From the human T2T-CHM13v2.0 reference genome, Homo sapiens, in NCBI RefSeq assembly GCF_009914755.1, contig NC_060926.1: DNA of 64,000 bases; one strand, given 5' to 3'. The translations under genes were made by a program, and so were the position numbers. Positions 28,543 through 43,108 of this stretch are shown piece by piece (within the stretch, counting starts at the first letter, position 1; every line of letters begins with the position of its first letter). The notes under the pieces are model-generated. The model saw nothing but the letters and a program-made list of their open reading frames with translations, was not told the origin of the DNA and searched no databases.

Positions 28543-31500
28543 GGACCAGAGACTCCAGCACCTGACTATGCCCCTGCACCATGGCAGTACAGAATGTAGG
28601 AATGAGGGAGGGAGCACCAGCACCCATGAGAAGCTTGGTGGGGCATCCTGTCCAGAGGAAGGTTCATAGCAGGAGATGCAGAGATGGTTCTGGGCTCTTT
28701 GGTGTGATGTTGATGATGCAGGAACAGCAGAGCAGCCTGGAGGATGGCAGAAGACCACAGGAACTTGGGGGATTAAAACTCTCACAATGGGCAGCAAAGC
28801 TGGGGAGGCCACAGGATCATGGTGGAAGGCAAGACTCTGGGGATGGGACATCAACTGTGTTATTCCAGAAGATTCCCTTTACTCTATCAACTCTCCAGAA
28901 CCTGGTTGCCCTAGTGGTTCTTGGATGCTTTTTTGATCTGGCATTTTTGTTTTGCACAGTAGGAATGTTGGTCTGTCACTTGTAGTATTGCTAGAAGTGG
29001 AAGTCAGGAGACAAATGTTTCTAAATATCTGAATCAAAAAGGAAAAAAAAATAATAGGGGAACCTAGGAATTAACAGGTTGGGTATTAAACTATAGGAAC
29101 TCGAATGGCCTTTCTGCATGATAGTGCATAGTTCTTTGTACACCTTAATCCAAATTCCTGAAAGCCATATCTTTTGACCAGTTTCATGAAATAGATAGAT
29201 TTTAATAATGAGGGTGTGTGGTATAATGGAACCAGCAAAAGCTTTTGCACAAAGGTAGTCTAAGTTCTCATCCCTGTACCAACCAGCTAGGTAACATTAG
29301 GGACTTCTCTTGACATTGCTGAGCCACAGGTTTTCCCTCTTTTATAGTGCTTGCTCTATTAAGATTTATGTCCCAAAGCAGGATCCATAGCTCCTGGTGT
29401 ATGTTGCGTAGTTGATACACACAATTTTTCTCAATTCTGCTCAAGGGTTTCAGAGCCCTCTGTGGCCACTCATTGACCTGAGCTTCCTCATACTTTTTCC
29501 TTTCTGCTGTTACGTTTCTCAAGGGAACAGGCAGTTCTGATATTTCTTCCCCTTGTGTTACGACTGAATATTATTTATTATTGAGATTTATAAGCCAAAC
29601 CCTTTTGCAATAAAGTCACTTCAGGGCACACACACAAGGTTAAAAGCTTTAGGTCAAATACACAGAACTATAAAAATAAACAGCTCAAGAACACAGTAGA
29701 AATATTATTTAAAGGAAAGTGGTGACTGCAACATAGTGGCCCTTTCAGTGAAAGTCATTTGAAAAGATACAAAGATGAATGACTCTCATGAAGTCTTCCA
29801 GTTGTTTAATTAAGGAATTGGAAAAACTCACCCACCCCTCAGAATTTGCTTCAAAATTCCAGTTAAGCCAAATAGGGCAGACAGCCAGATCTTACTCAAT
29901 GCAAATGTTCATTAATGTTTCTCAGAACAGAGACAAGAAAGAAGATTCACACACCCAGAAATCCAGAGCAAACTTTCCTCAGCTATTCCAGAAAAGTTAG
30001 TGTCCCAGTTTCAGTGTCGTCTGAAAAGTAACTGAGTTGAGAAGCCTGTGGAATCTTCCTTGGCATCTCAGATAGTTCAGACCACTCTCTTCTATGCACC
30101 TTCTGTTCCCTACGTAGACTTTCTCACAAAATTTAAAAGACTTGATTTGATTTTCTGTTTACATATCTCTGTCCTTCACGAGCTCTGAGCTTCTTACAGA
30201 AGAGTCTTGCCTGTATTGTTTCTCTATGCACAGTTCTTGGCACTTGTCGTCCTCCATAAATATTTATTACACAAATGAACCAATGAATACTGGATATGGA
30301 CACTTTTCCACTGGAGACACTTTTTGCAGAGTTAAAATTATTAGGTAGGATGTCTGTGTTTCAACAGCCTGTGAAGCTTTGAAAACAGGAACTAGCTCAG
30401 GAGGGCTGAGGCCAAACTGTGGTTGTTTGCATTTTAGCTCAACCAAGTGTCAGTGCTCCATCTGCAAGAGTTGAAAGAAAAAGTGCAGAGCTGCACCTGA
30501 GAATGATCCAGAAGCAGCCCATAAGAAACCAGGTGCCCTGAATCATCACATTATTCTGGGACCCAAGTCCTATGGTACCCTGGGTTTCAGCTTTCCCACC
30601 TTCCACTGATTAATCTGTAAGTTCCAGGATACTCATTCAACAAAGGGTCATTCATGGGTTCTTGCAGGGTGGAGAGACTGTAAAAGTGTAAAAGTGTCCC
30701 TCTCTGGAGGGAAGCAGGGCCCCTTCCCTTCAAAATCAGAGTGGTTAACAGCATACATTTTGCAACCCACTGCCTGAGTTTCAGCTTTAGATTTCCTAGC
30801 TGATGATCTTGGGTAAGTCACTCTGTGCCTCAGTTTCTGCATATATAAAACAGGAGTAATTTTATTATCCCTCACAGTCTTGTTATAGACATTAAATAAA
30901 TTAATATGTGCAAAGCACTCAGATCATTGCCTAGTTCATAAGTGCTTTATAAATATTTGCTTCTATTATTATGTCTGAACCTATTTTCTAATAGTTTTCT
31001 TCTCATTATGATAATATAGCAATAATACTATAATCATCGTAAAGCTACCATACTTTTTAGAATCTCCTTTGGTCAGTTGCTATGTAATCAATATGCTATA
31101 TATTGATTAATGATGCTGGTGTCATTATTTCTATTTTGCAGGTAAGGAAAAATCTCAGTATAAAAAGGTAAGTTACCTAAGGCCACAGTAAGAGGAGAAA
31201 TGGACTGTGAGCTCAAGCCTTTCTAATTCAAGTCTTTTTGCCATAATCCACCGTTTCTCTACTTTCTCATATTTTCTTCCACATCTCTAGTGATTTGTCA
31301 CTGCACTCATCAGTGTTAATTTTTAGCTGATGATAGGCCTAAACCCATTCCTTGACCTATCAACTGCTCCAAGGCTCTGACAGAGCTACCTAGGCCCTTC
31401 TTGTAAATTCCTCGCTGGCCCTGCCCAGAGTCATAAGAGAAAGGCCTGGGTAAATTTTTCTACAAGAGAGTATGTTACAACAAAACGTGTGCTCTTGAAA

Positions 31501-31767
31501 AACATTAGAGCAAAAGTTGGGGTAGTATGATATAGTATAAATGAGCTACAGAGGGCAGACTGCAGTGCATCATGAAGTGTCAACACACCTGGGCTCCAGT
31601 TTAGCCATGATATCGACCAACTTGGCATAAACAGTTGATAGTTGCTTTTCCTTCTTGGGTCTTGGTGTCTCCATATGTAAAATGAGGAAATTGGATTTAT
31701 GAGATGCAAGTACTTGCAGCTGTAACATTTAAGACATTGTTGTCACTTCATCCTTTTATTTTAGAAT

Positions 31768-31965
31768 GGTACTGTCCAGTAGAATTTTCTATAAGGATGG
31801 CTATGTTCACTGTCCAATACAGTACCCAATAGCCTCGTGGAGCTCTTGAGAAACTGAAGTGTGGTTAGCACAACTAAGGAACTGAAGTTTTAATTTTATT
31901 GAATTTTAATTAGCTAAAATTTAAATAGCCACATGGAGTTAGTTCTACCATAAGGAATAGCACAG
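31768..31965. mobile_element. MER3-type hAT MITE
   Basis: ctgtccagtagaattttct...aactgaagttttaattttatt...atttaaatagccacatg. Confidence 0.75.
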
Positions 31966-32269
31966 TAGTCTAGACATTTGTTGAAATTGAAGAGTATTCT
32001 CTATTCAAGACATTGATTTAAGCATGAGTCATAGGAATATTAAAAAAATAAAGAACTCTCTCCTCAAGGATGATGAAGTCTATGACAGAGAAGTTAAATG
32101 CAGAATCATGGAAGTGTGTATTCATCTGAGCGCTCTTTCTGCTCTCACTTCACCTCTAAAACTCCTCTCCAGAATACAAGATTTATTTTACCTTTTTCAT
32201 CAGGAGAGTTGCTTCCTTTCTGTCATTCCAAAGCACATTGTTTAGCCATTAATTAATTTGTACATGCAC

Positions 32270-32830
32270 TCATTTTTTCCACTAATCTAGCAGGTCTCAT
32301 TAAGGTGGGGATTTTTGAATGATTTCTATACTGCTATAGTTGTAGCATCTAGAAAAGCACTGGCATTTAGTAGGAGCTTATTATTTTGTTAGATTAACAA
32401 ATTAATTCAATACATTGCACCGAAAATTTACTGTAGGCTAGGCATTGTACAGGCAGTAGGGACACAGAAGTTAAGAAAGACATACATGGAGCTTCCACAT
32501 GGAGCATGGGAAAATCCAAGAAATCAAGTGTTACTAAGTGTTATCCTGCTAGCAAATCCTAAGACCCATCCTCCTGCTTCAGATAGGGATATGGACATGT
32601 TAACAGCTGCTGTTATCATAGGGATAAATGCAAGGTACTCCATGAGCACAGTGGGGTGTCTGGAATATTTTGCATGTTGCACATATTATATTGAATTTGA
32701 GATTACTTCTTTATATATATGCTTTCCTTAGACATTGAGCTATGGAAAGCCAGAACCATTGCTAGTCTTCTTTGTGACCCTAGCAACTGGCACAATGCAT
32801 GTCACAGAATAGGGTGATTGATATCTATTT
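32270..32830. mobile_element. L2 fragments
   Basis: ctggcatttagtaggagctt; aggcattgtacaggcagtagggacacag...catggagctt. Confidence 0.55.
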
Positions 32831-33654
32831 GTTGATTGTGTTAGTGATATAATAAATAAAACCTAACATATGGGTACTAAAGATGTAGACAAGTTTTTTG
32901 AAACTTTAGAGAATAAGATGCTACTTTTGGTATGGGGGAATGTAACTGGTTGATTGGTGGCCCCAAAATGATACATCTACATCTTAATCCCTGGAACCTG
33001 TGAACATTACCTTATGTGGTAAACAGATAATGTTACCTTATTTAGAAAGAGACTCTTTGGAGATGTAATTAAGTTAGAGATCTTGCAAGGAGGAGCTTAT
33101 CCTGGATTATCCAGGTGGGCTGTAAATGCAATCAGATGCATTTTGTAAATGTCCTATAGAGGAGAAGACATGCATACAGATGAGGTGGATGCAATGTGAC
33201 CAAGGAGTCAGAGACTGGAGAAATGGAGCCAGGCAATGGTCAACTTTATGTGTCAACTTGGCTGGGCCATACTGGCCAGATATTTGGTCATACAGTTTTG
33301 GAATGTTTCCTTGTGGGTGACTTTTTTGGATGAGATTAACATTTAGATCAGTGGATATCAAATAAAGCAGATTCCCTCCATAATTGTGGAATCAGTTTAG
33401 ATCAATGGATATCAAATAAAGCAGATTCCCTCCATAATTGTGGGTGAGCCTCATTTAATCAACTCAGTCCTTACTAGAACAAAAGACTGACCTCTCCTGA
33501 GCAAGAGGAAACTTTGCCAGTATGTTGCTTTCAGACTGGAATTGTAATTCTTTGCTGGGTCTCCAGCCTGCTGGCATATCCTGAAGATTTTGGACTTACC
33601 AACATCTATAATCATGAAGCCAATTCCTTAAAATAAATATCTCTACATTTTTTT

Positions 33655-33775
33655 CTGTGTCTGTCTCTCTGCCTATCATCTATCTATCTATCTATCTATC
33701 TCTATCTATATCATCTTCAACACACTCTTTTTACCTATCTGTCTATCTATCTGTCTGTCTGTCTGTCTGTCTATC
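33655..33775. repeat. (TCTA)n/(TCTG)n tetranucleotide repeats
   Basis: tatctatctatctatc; ctgtctgtctgtctgtctgt. Confidence 0.9.
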
Positions 33776-33779
33776 AACA

Positions 33780-34136
33780 CAGGTTGAAGAACCTGGGTTT
33801 GAACTACGTAGATGCATGAGTCTACTTATATGCAGATTTTTTCCAATAAATAGAACAATTTTTCGAGATTTGTAACAATGTGAAAAAGTTTACAGACAAA
33901 TCGCATAGCCTAAAAGTATCAAAAAAGTTAAGCAAAAGTTAGGTATGTCATGATTGCATAAAATACATATAGATAACTAGTTTATTTATTTGTTAATTCA
34001 CTATTTATGTTGTCAGGCTTCCAGTCAACATAGGCTATTACTAGTTATGTTTTGGGGCAGTCAAAAAGTTATCTGAGGATTTTCAACTGTGAGAAGGGTC
34101 AGAGCCTCTAACCCTTGTGTTGTTCAAGGGCCACTG
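33780..34136 (+). mobile_element. Tigger2a-like DNA transposon nested in MLT2
   Basis: gggtttgaactac...cttatatgcagattttttccaataaa ... cccttgtgttgttcaagggccactg (TIR-like end). Confidence 0.8.
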
Positions 34137-35064
34137 GTGTATATACACACATTCTATTGGTTCTACTTCTCTGGAGAAGCCTGACTAATACAGGCCACAA
34201 ACCAGAAGAATGTAGTCAACAAAAAGCTAGAAGAGGCAAGAAAGGGAATCTTCCCTAGAGCCTTTAGAGGGAACACAACCCTCCTAACACCTTGATTTTG
34301 GGCTTCTGGCCTTCAGAAGTGGGAGAAAACACATTTCTCAACTTTTAAGTTTCTGATAATTATACAGCTGCCACAGAAGACTAACACAGAAAGGTGAGGG
34401 GTGAACAAGAAGAACAGATAGCACTTGAACCTTCTTTGTAGATTAGGGAGAGCTGTACATGGCATCTGGCTGTAGGGTGGTGCAGGGATTCAAAGGGGAG
34501 CCAATAGTGCATGTAGAGGCTGAGCAGAACATGCATGGCTTGTGGAGTGTGATGAGCCACCTCTAGGCACAGAATTCATGAAGGCTGGGAGTGGAAGATG
34601 AGTGTGGAAAAGACATTTTGGAAATATTGTGGTGAAGACTGAATGTATGCAAATATTTACAGATTTTGTATTTTTTCTTTTCTAAAAGACTGAAAATTTA
34701 TTAGATATTTTTGTCAAAGAAGGGCATGATCAGAATCATTCTTTATGAAATTGATTCAGTTGTATATTATGTTGATTGGCTAGGTAGTGCCTGGTGGGAG
34801 GAAGGCCAAGGGCTTCTTACAGTTGTGTGGGACAAGTTCCATAAGGTCCACATTGTGAGGGCATTATCCTGTATTTACATGGGATGATACAGTCAAAACT
34901 GGATCTGTGGCATTTCCACCTATTTCAAAAGAGAGCCATTTTTATAGAACAGTAAGACATTCGTATAACTGTTTAAAGCCTTAATATTTCCAAATACATA
35001 TTTTCTCCCGTTCTGCTCATATCTTGAATCATAAATGTATCTATCTTCTTCTTCTTCTTCTTCT

Positions 35065-35345
35065 TTTTAATACAGACAAGTTTGCACTCTGTCACCTGGG
35101 CTGGAGTGTAGTGGCACAGTCATAGCTCACTGCAGCCTTGAACTCCTGGGCTCTCCCGCCTCAGACTCCCAAATATTCAGGACTACAGATGCACACCACG
35201 ACACCCAGCTAATTTTTAAATTTTTTTTGTAGAGAAGTGGTCTCACGACATTGCCCAGACACATCTTAAATTCCTGGCTTCAAGCCATCCTCCTGCCTTG
35301 GCCTCTCAAAGTGCTGGGATTACAGGCGTAAGCCACTGCGCCTGA
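35065..35345 (-). mobile_element. AluJ with (CTT)n tail
   Basis: catagctcactgcagccttgaactcctggg...gctgggattacaggcgtaagcc. Confidence 0.9.
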
Positions 35346-35516
35346 CTCTTTCTTCCTTTTTTAATTCAAAATACTTAGGTCATTGATGGTTAGCTATAAT
35401 TTTTGATATTATAGACTTTAACAATGTCAGGCTGGAATTTTATCCAAGATGCGTGTTTGGTGCCTTTCCTTTTTTTGGCTGGAAGACTAATAATGATATA
35501 CTAGTTATCATTTACT

Positions 35517-35950
35517 GTGTATAAGCTCATTCTCTGGTGCTTACAGCAGAATAACTGAAACTGGGTAATATATAAAGAAAAAGAGTTCACTCTTAAAGTT
35601 TTGGAGGCTGAAAAGTCTAAGGTCAAGGGGCCTCATCTGCTGAGGGCCTTCTTGCTGACGGGGACTCTAGAGAGTCCCGAGGCAGCACAGGGTATCATGT
35701 GGGAGGGGGCTGAGTATGCTATCTCAGGTCTCTCTTCCTTTTCTCATAAAGCCACCAGTTCTCGTCTCATGATAATCCATTAATCCACTAACCCATTAAT
35801 CCCTTAATCCGTGAGTGGATTAATCCCCTCATGAGAGCATAGCCTTCCTGATCTAGTCACCTCTTAAAGTCCCCACCTCTTAATACTGCCACATTGGATA
35901 TTAAGTTTCCAACACATGAAATTTGGAGGCCACCTTCAAACCAAAGGACA
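35517..35950 (-). mobile_element. MST/MLT1A-type MaLR LTR
   Basis: gaaactgggtaatatataaag...ggaggctgaaaagtctaaggtcaaggggcc...cacctcttaaagtccccacctcttaatac. Confidence 0.85.
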
Positions 35951-37180
35951 GAGCTTGAGTTTCTCCCATGAGTTCAATACTGTATGTAATAATTTGCATA
36001 TATTAGCATATTCAAATACTTCCAACATTTATGCAGTGTGTACTACTCTTAATTTTATTTTACAAATGAAAGGACTTATGCTAAAAGATAAATTATCTCA
36101 TTCAAGGTCACACAGCAAGCAAGCAGCAGAGGTAGAATAAGGACACAGGTTATCTGGGGATAAGATGCCTCTCTAACCTGGACAGTGAATTCCTAATTGT
36201 AATTGTTAGCCAGATTAAGAATCCATGAGCAGACCAGATTTTTCAGAAGTCAAATAGCTCCATACTTTGGGTTTAAAAGTGGAAACATTTCCCAGAAAGC
36301 CACTGAATTCCATGGAGAATTTATTTTACGCAGTTTGGGCCTGAAATTCGGAAGTGAAAAAGAATGCCATGGAATTCAACACAGACCTTTTATCTGGGGC
36401 TTGCCTCTTATACTTGTTGCTATTTATCTCACCTCTTATCAGCAGACATTGAAGATTAGAGAGCAAGAAATTTCTTTTGAAATAATTACCTGATCCTGTT
36501 ATCTTAAAAGACTTGCAGACTGTGAGGCATTTTTTGCTGAGCAGTAGTTGGTGGCATCATCAGCCTCAACATTACTAAGTGTTATCCTGCTAGCATTCCT
36601 AAGACCCACACAGCAGTCTCTATTCCTCTGCTGAAATGTTGGTCATGACAAGAAATTAACTTGAAACTTGAAGCCCTTTGCCTAACAAAGGTTGTGTGGG
36701 CCACGGAGTCATTTTGGGGGTGAACCTGAGAGTGAACCTGAAAGTGGATCAAATGTCTCTGAGTCTCTGGCTGTGAAGAAAACAACCAATTCTTTCTCCA
36801 ACTGAAAACCAATGTAAGGTTGAAGTCAACACCCTCCATATACCCACCAAGTGTATACCATGGTCCTCAACTTGGGGAGGTAATGGGCTGGAAAGAATTA
36901 TTACAGAGTGATCTGAGGTGAATTTTTAAACAACACATGATACCATAACCCCCATCACCAGCCCCCAGCCCCCAGTCCCCTTCACCAAAAAGCCTAACAC
37001 TGTAACCATGTATATTTTAACATATATCATTGTTTGATTTCTTGGATTCTCCCATGCTCCATGTGCAAAACAACCAAGCCAGAACAAAAGTCCTAACTCC
37101 AAAGCCAGGAATGAATGAAACAAAGCAGACATCATCCTTCTCCTCTTCTTCTCCATCTCCTCCTTCTTGCTGTTCCCTCT

Positions 37181-38760
37181 ACTTTAACTATTTATTTTGA
37201 AGTAATCATAGAGTCACAGGAAATTGCAAAGGTATTAGTGTGGTCCTGGGTGTACCCTTCACCCAGTTTCTCCTAGTGGCAATAACTTTTACTTACAACA
37301 ATAGAACCACACCAAAATCAGGAAGCTGGGAAACTGACATTGATATTTATACAATCCATCAATCTTTTTCATGTTTCACCAGTTTTATAAGAACGGTCCT
37401 CCATGTGCGCACGTGTGTCTCATTCTAAGCACTTTATCACACATGCAGATTCCTATAATAGAGATACCACAAAAATCTCCTGATATCTCTATATTCACAC
37501 CCAACACTCCGTCCTCCTGATCCCAACCTCTGACAACCACTCATCAGTTTGCTCTTTCCATAATTTCATCATTTATGAGTCTTACGGAAACGGAATCCCC
37601 AAATAAGCAACCTTTTGAGATTGGATAGTTTTCATTAGGCACAATAACACAATGAGAGCCATGCAAGTTGTTGGATGTGTCAATAGTTTATTCCTTTCTA
37701 ATGCTGACGAGTGTTCTATGGTGTGAATGTACCATAGCTCATTCACCCATTTACCCACTGAAGAACATTTGAGTTGTTTCTGGGTTTTACCTATTACAAA
37801 TACATTTGCTATGGATATCTATGAACAGGTTATTTTTTGTTTTTTTGTTTCTCTTAGGGGGTAGTATTTTTTCAACAATTTTATTTCTTCTATGTTAACT
37901 GGTCTGTTCATATCTTATGTATTTTGGAAGGTCAATTTTGGGGATTTATATTTTCATAGAAAATTATCTGTTGTGTATTCATTTTTCCAAATTTATTTTC
38001 ATAGGGTTGAAATAGATTTGTCTCATAACTTTTCTAAATTTCTGCGTTTATTCTGCAATCTCATTTTATGTACTTGTATTTTTTTCCTTAATTCAGTTAG
38101 CTAATGGCTTTTCACATCTTACTATAATTTTAAAAAATCATGAATTTATTTGTATATTCTACAATTTTTCTATTTTCTTATTTTCTATTTCTATTTTCAT
38201 TTTTTTTCTATTGATTTCTTCAGGTTCATTATTCTAACATCTTGAGTGGAATATTTTTAATATATTTATATTCAGCCACTCTCATTAATTAAAATGTTTT
38301 TAAGGTGATGAATCTTCCTCGAGTCATAGTTTAGCTAAATCTATATAGGTCTGATATCCAGTACTGTTATTATTACCATTTCCAAAATACTTTACAATTT
38401 CAGATTTAATTTCCTCTTTCACTTAAGAATTGCTTGAGAAAAGTTTTACAAGTCCTAGGTGGTAAGACTTTCCTCCCTTTTCACCAAGTTTGTTACTGTA
38501 TTGTTGTATCATTATCAGAGAAGTTGCTTTATATAATTTTTACTTATCTACAGGTTTTTATGTAGACATGATTTTTCACTTTTCTGGGACAAGTACCCAG
38601 GAGTGTGACTGCTGGGTTATATGGCAAGCTTATATTTAGTTTTTTTAAGGAACTGCCAAACTATTTTCTGGAGTTCCTGTACCATTTTATACTCCCACCA
38701 GAGATGCATCCCGCTGCCACGTTCTCATCAGCATTTGGTATTTCAGCTGTTTTAATAACA
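37181..38760 (-). mobile_element. Old L1M fragments
   Basis: gtacccttcacccagtttctcc, ctgaagaacatttgagttgtttc, aggaactgccaaactattttctgg. Confidence 0.75.
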
Positions 38761-39963
38761 TAGTTAAAAGAAAAAAAAAACTATAAAAGTTACACCTCCA
38801 TCAACTGCCCAAATGATCTCCTTGATATTCTTTTGCATTAATCTTTATCTATATTATTAATCTGAATCTAAATTCTCCCTTAACAACCAAGCCCAGCTGT
38901 AGTGATGTCAGCCTTCTTAATCTATTAACAGTAGGACATATATGGTGGTTATCAGCTCTTCCAATACTTGCTTAAGACAATTGGAAACTATATATTTTGG
39001 GGAAAGTTGAAAACTGTGTTTTCTGACATTAATTTCTGGAGTAATCATCTTATAATCCTTACCCCATTCCTCAGGTGGGGAGGTTGAGGCCCACAGTAGC
39101 CTGTGTAGGATTGGCTGATGATGGAAAAATAGAAAACTGGGAGGTCAGGTGATGTAATAGGGTTCCACAGGAATCGTGACAAATTTTGAACAACAGGGAT
39201 CCCATTTACTAAACTACAGATAGGAAGTCATGGTTCCTTTTTCAAACGATGAAATATTTCAAACATAGAAAAATACATAAAATAATATAACAGGCACCCA
39301 CTTACGCACAGGGCCACCAGAAGCTCATGTCTTTGTGCAAAGTAGAGAAAGGCTTTCTGTCTTTCACACCGCGGCAGGGTACATGGCTGGGCAATCCTTG
39401 ACTGAGCTGGGCCCCCACGAGGGAGCTCAACCTCGACAGCCGTAAGTGGAGGTAACCACCGCTGAGTTAAACGGTGGTGAACATGCTGCTGCATTTGCTT
39501 CAGAGTTTGATTTTAGTGCCCAAACCTAAGAACTATGGCCTAAGCCTGACCACTTGACTCCTAACCTCTTCCTTTGCACAGGTAACCCATCCTCATATTT
39601 GCTATGTATCATTCCCATAAATACTACTGGTCCCTGTATTTAAATTATATACAAATAATCTCAAAGTGTAGATTTTTATCATGAAACAACTTGTTTTTTC
39701 ATTTATTCTACTTATGAAATTTCATTCGTATATAGAAAAGTAAAGTAAGGATAATAGGAATAGTTAACTCTTACAGGTTTCTTACTGTATGTTGGGTGCA
39801 GTTTTAAGCCCTTTGTACATATTACTGCATCTAATCCCATCTTTGGATGTTTTAACTGATCTGTCTGTTAGATTCTAAGTGTGTATATGTGTGTATGTAT
39901 GTGCCTTATTTCTCTCTGAGTGCTACTTTTATGTGAGAATGCATGATATTTCATCACTTCTAA

Positions 39964-40731
<768 letters not shown>

Positions 40732-41246
40732 TAATGAACTTATTCTTATCATTCCTTGCTTTATTGCACGGTTCCTTATTCTGATAAGTCTAATCTATGT
40801 TTCATCTGTCTGATAAGTTTTTAAATTCAAGGATGATCTTTTTTATTCCCATTCTCTCTGTCAAATCTGCCTGTTTTCATGTGTCTCTTATTTCTTTTAT
40901 TGTGTTAATTTCCTGACTTTGTCTTTAATCATTTGTAATTAAGTTTTTTGTTGTACTGACTAATGTCCTTAGGTTTTAACGATGCTCGTGTTTGTATCTA
41001 CTATATTGTGCTCAGGATGCATTGTTTCCTCATGCGTTTTGTAATTTTTAATTGTAAGCTCAAAGTAGGAAGGCCTCCCTCTTCCCAGTCCTCTGAGCCC
41101 TGTGGGAAAACCTATATAGCCTGTGTTGTTGAGGTACCTCTAAAGCCTTTTATATTTATTTCTGCCTGGTGAATCAGGTGGTATAAATTTAGAATCTAAA
41201 CTCTTGTGAGGTGCCAGTAGAGATCAATGAACTTTCCTGCTAATTT

Positions 41247-41375
41247 CTTTTTTTTTGAGATGGAGTCTTGCTTAGTCGCCCAGGCTGGAGTGCAGTGGTG
41301 CGATCTCGGCTCACCGCAAGCTCTGCCTCCAGGGTTCACGCCATTCTCCTGCCTCAGCCTCTTGAGTAGCTGGGA
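41247..41375 (-). mobile_element. 5'-truncated AluY (part of right arm)
   Basis: gcaagctctgcc...gggttcacgccattctc; TSD ctttcctgctaattt at 41232-41246 and 41377-41391. Confidence 0.9.
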
Positions 41376-41881
41376 GCTTTCCTGCTAATTTTTAGACAGA
41401 AGGGAGATTAATTTTGTGGTTCACTTTCACTGAGGCTGTGATATTGGAGGTACTAGCAGTGGTCTCATTTGCAACTCTTAGCTTATTTGGTCCAAGGTCT
41501 CATCTTTAAGGCTTCTATAGGTTCTAACACTCAAGATCCTATGTTTTTGGGTGTAGTAAACCCACTCAACCTCAGCTGCAACATTTGTTTACATGTTTCC
41601 AGCTGTTATTTTCAAGTATTTATTAATTCAAAGATATATTTTATCATATCTTTTTAAGCTTTTAGTGGGAAAGATGATTTTTTAATTACCTTAATCTGCC
41701 ATCTTGTCAACATTGGAATTCTTAAAACAAGTTTAAATGTTTTGTGTATTGCCTTAGTATCCTGAGAAAATGCAGTTAGAAAAAAAGGCAGACATCAAAG
41801 ATAATTTATATAGGTGACACCCAGGCTAGTAATAGAATTACAACACCCCATTCCTACCTTCCAGGTTTACAAGTAAAGCAG

Positions 41882-41923
41882 GCAGCCAGTATTTTTTTTT
41901 TTTTTTTTTGCAGCCAGTATTTT
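41882..41923 (-). mobile_element. Solo poly(A) retro-insertion with 14-bp TSD
   Basis: gcagccagtatttt - T-run - gcagccagtatttt. Confidence 0.7.
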
Positions 41924-42235
41924 GTAGGATCAATTTGAGTGAGAGAAGTCTCTGTAAAAATAACATATTTGATAGAATTTTTATCTTGAGCAGAATTATA
42001 AACAGATACTAGGAGTGTTGGAGATGAGCAAAAAGTCAGCGAAATGCAAAGCAGAATGTTAAAGAAATAAGAGAAATATTAATATCATGGGCAACTTAGG
42101 TAAGGGCCATCCAGGCAGAAAAGCCATGAAGCAAGGTCAAGCCAAGAAAAGGTGCTTCTCTCGGCCACATTAGCTAATGAGTCTCACTAATACCCAGTAT
42201 TGTTTTTGCAGAGTTGGTTTTGTGTGAGTAGGTAA

Positions 42236-42673
<438 letters not shown>

Positions 42674-42710
42674 TAAAAATATAAATCTAGACCAGTGGGA
42701 CCCTGAATAA

Positions 42711-43079
<369 letters not shown>

Positions 43080-43108
43080 CTGAACACTTTCTTAAAAAAA
43101 TTAATAAT

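Larger units (their letters stand above)
33232..34192 (+). mobile_element. MLT2 LTR nested in MLT1
   Basis: atggtcaactttatgtgtcaacttggctgggcca ... ctattggttctacttctctggagaagcctgactaataca. Confidence 0.9.
32941..34388 (+). mobile_element. MLT1C/D LTR split by MLT2 (pieces 32941-33231 and 34193-34388)
   Basis: MLT1 text stops at aaatggagcca and resumes at ggccacaaaccag...ccttgattttgggcttctggcc...ctaacaca. Confidence 0.85.

Noticed and set aside
28498-28985. Overlapping 86-134 aa ORFs after the MLT1
   Set aside because: No recognisable homology or convincing splice structure
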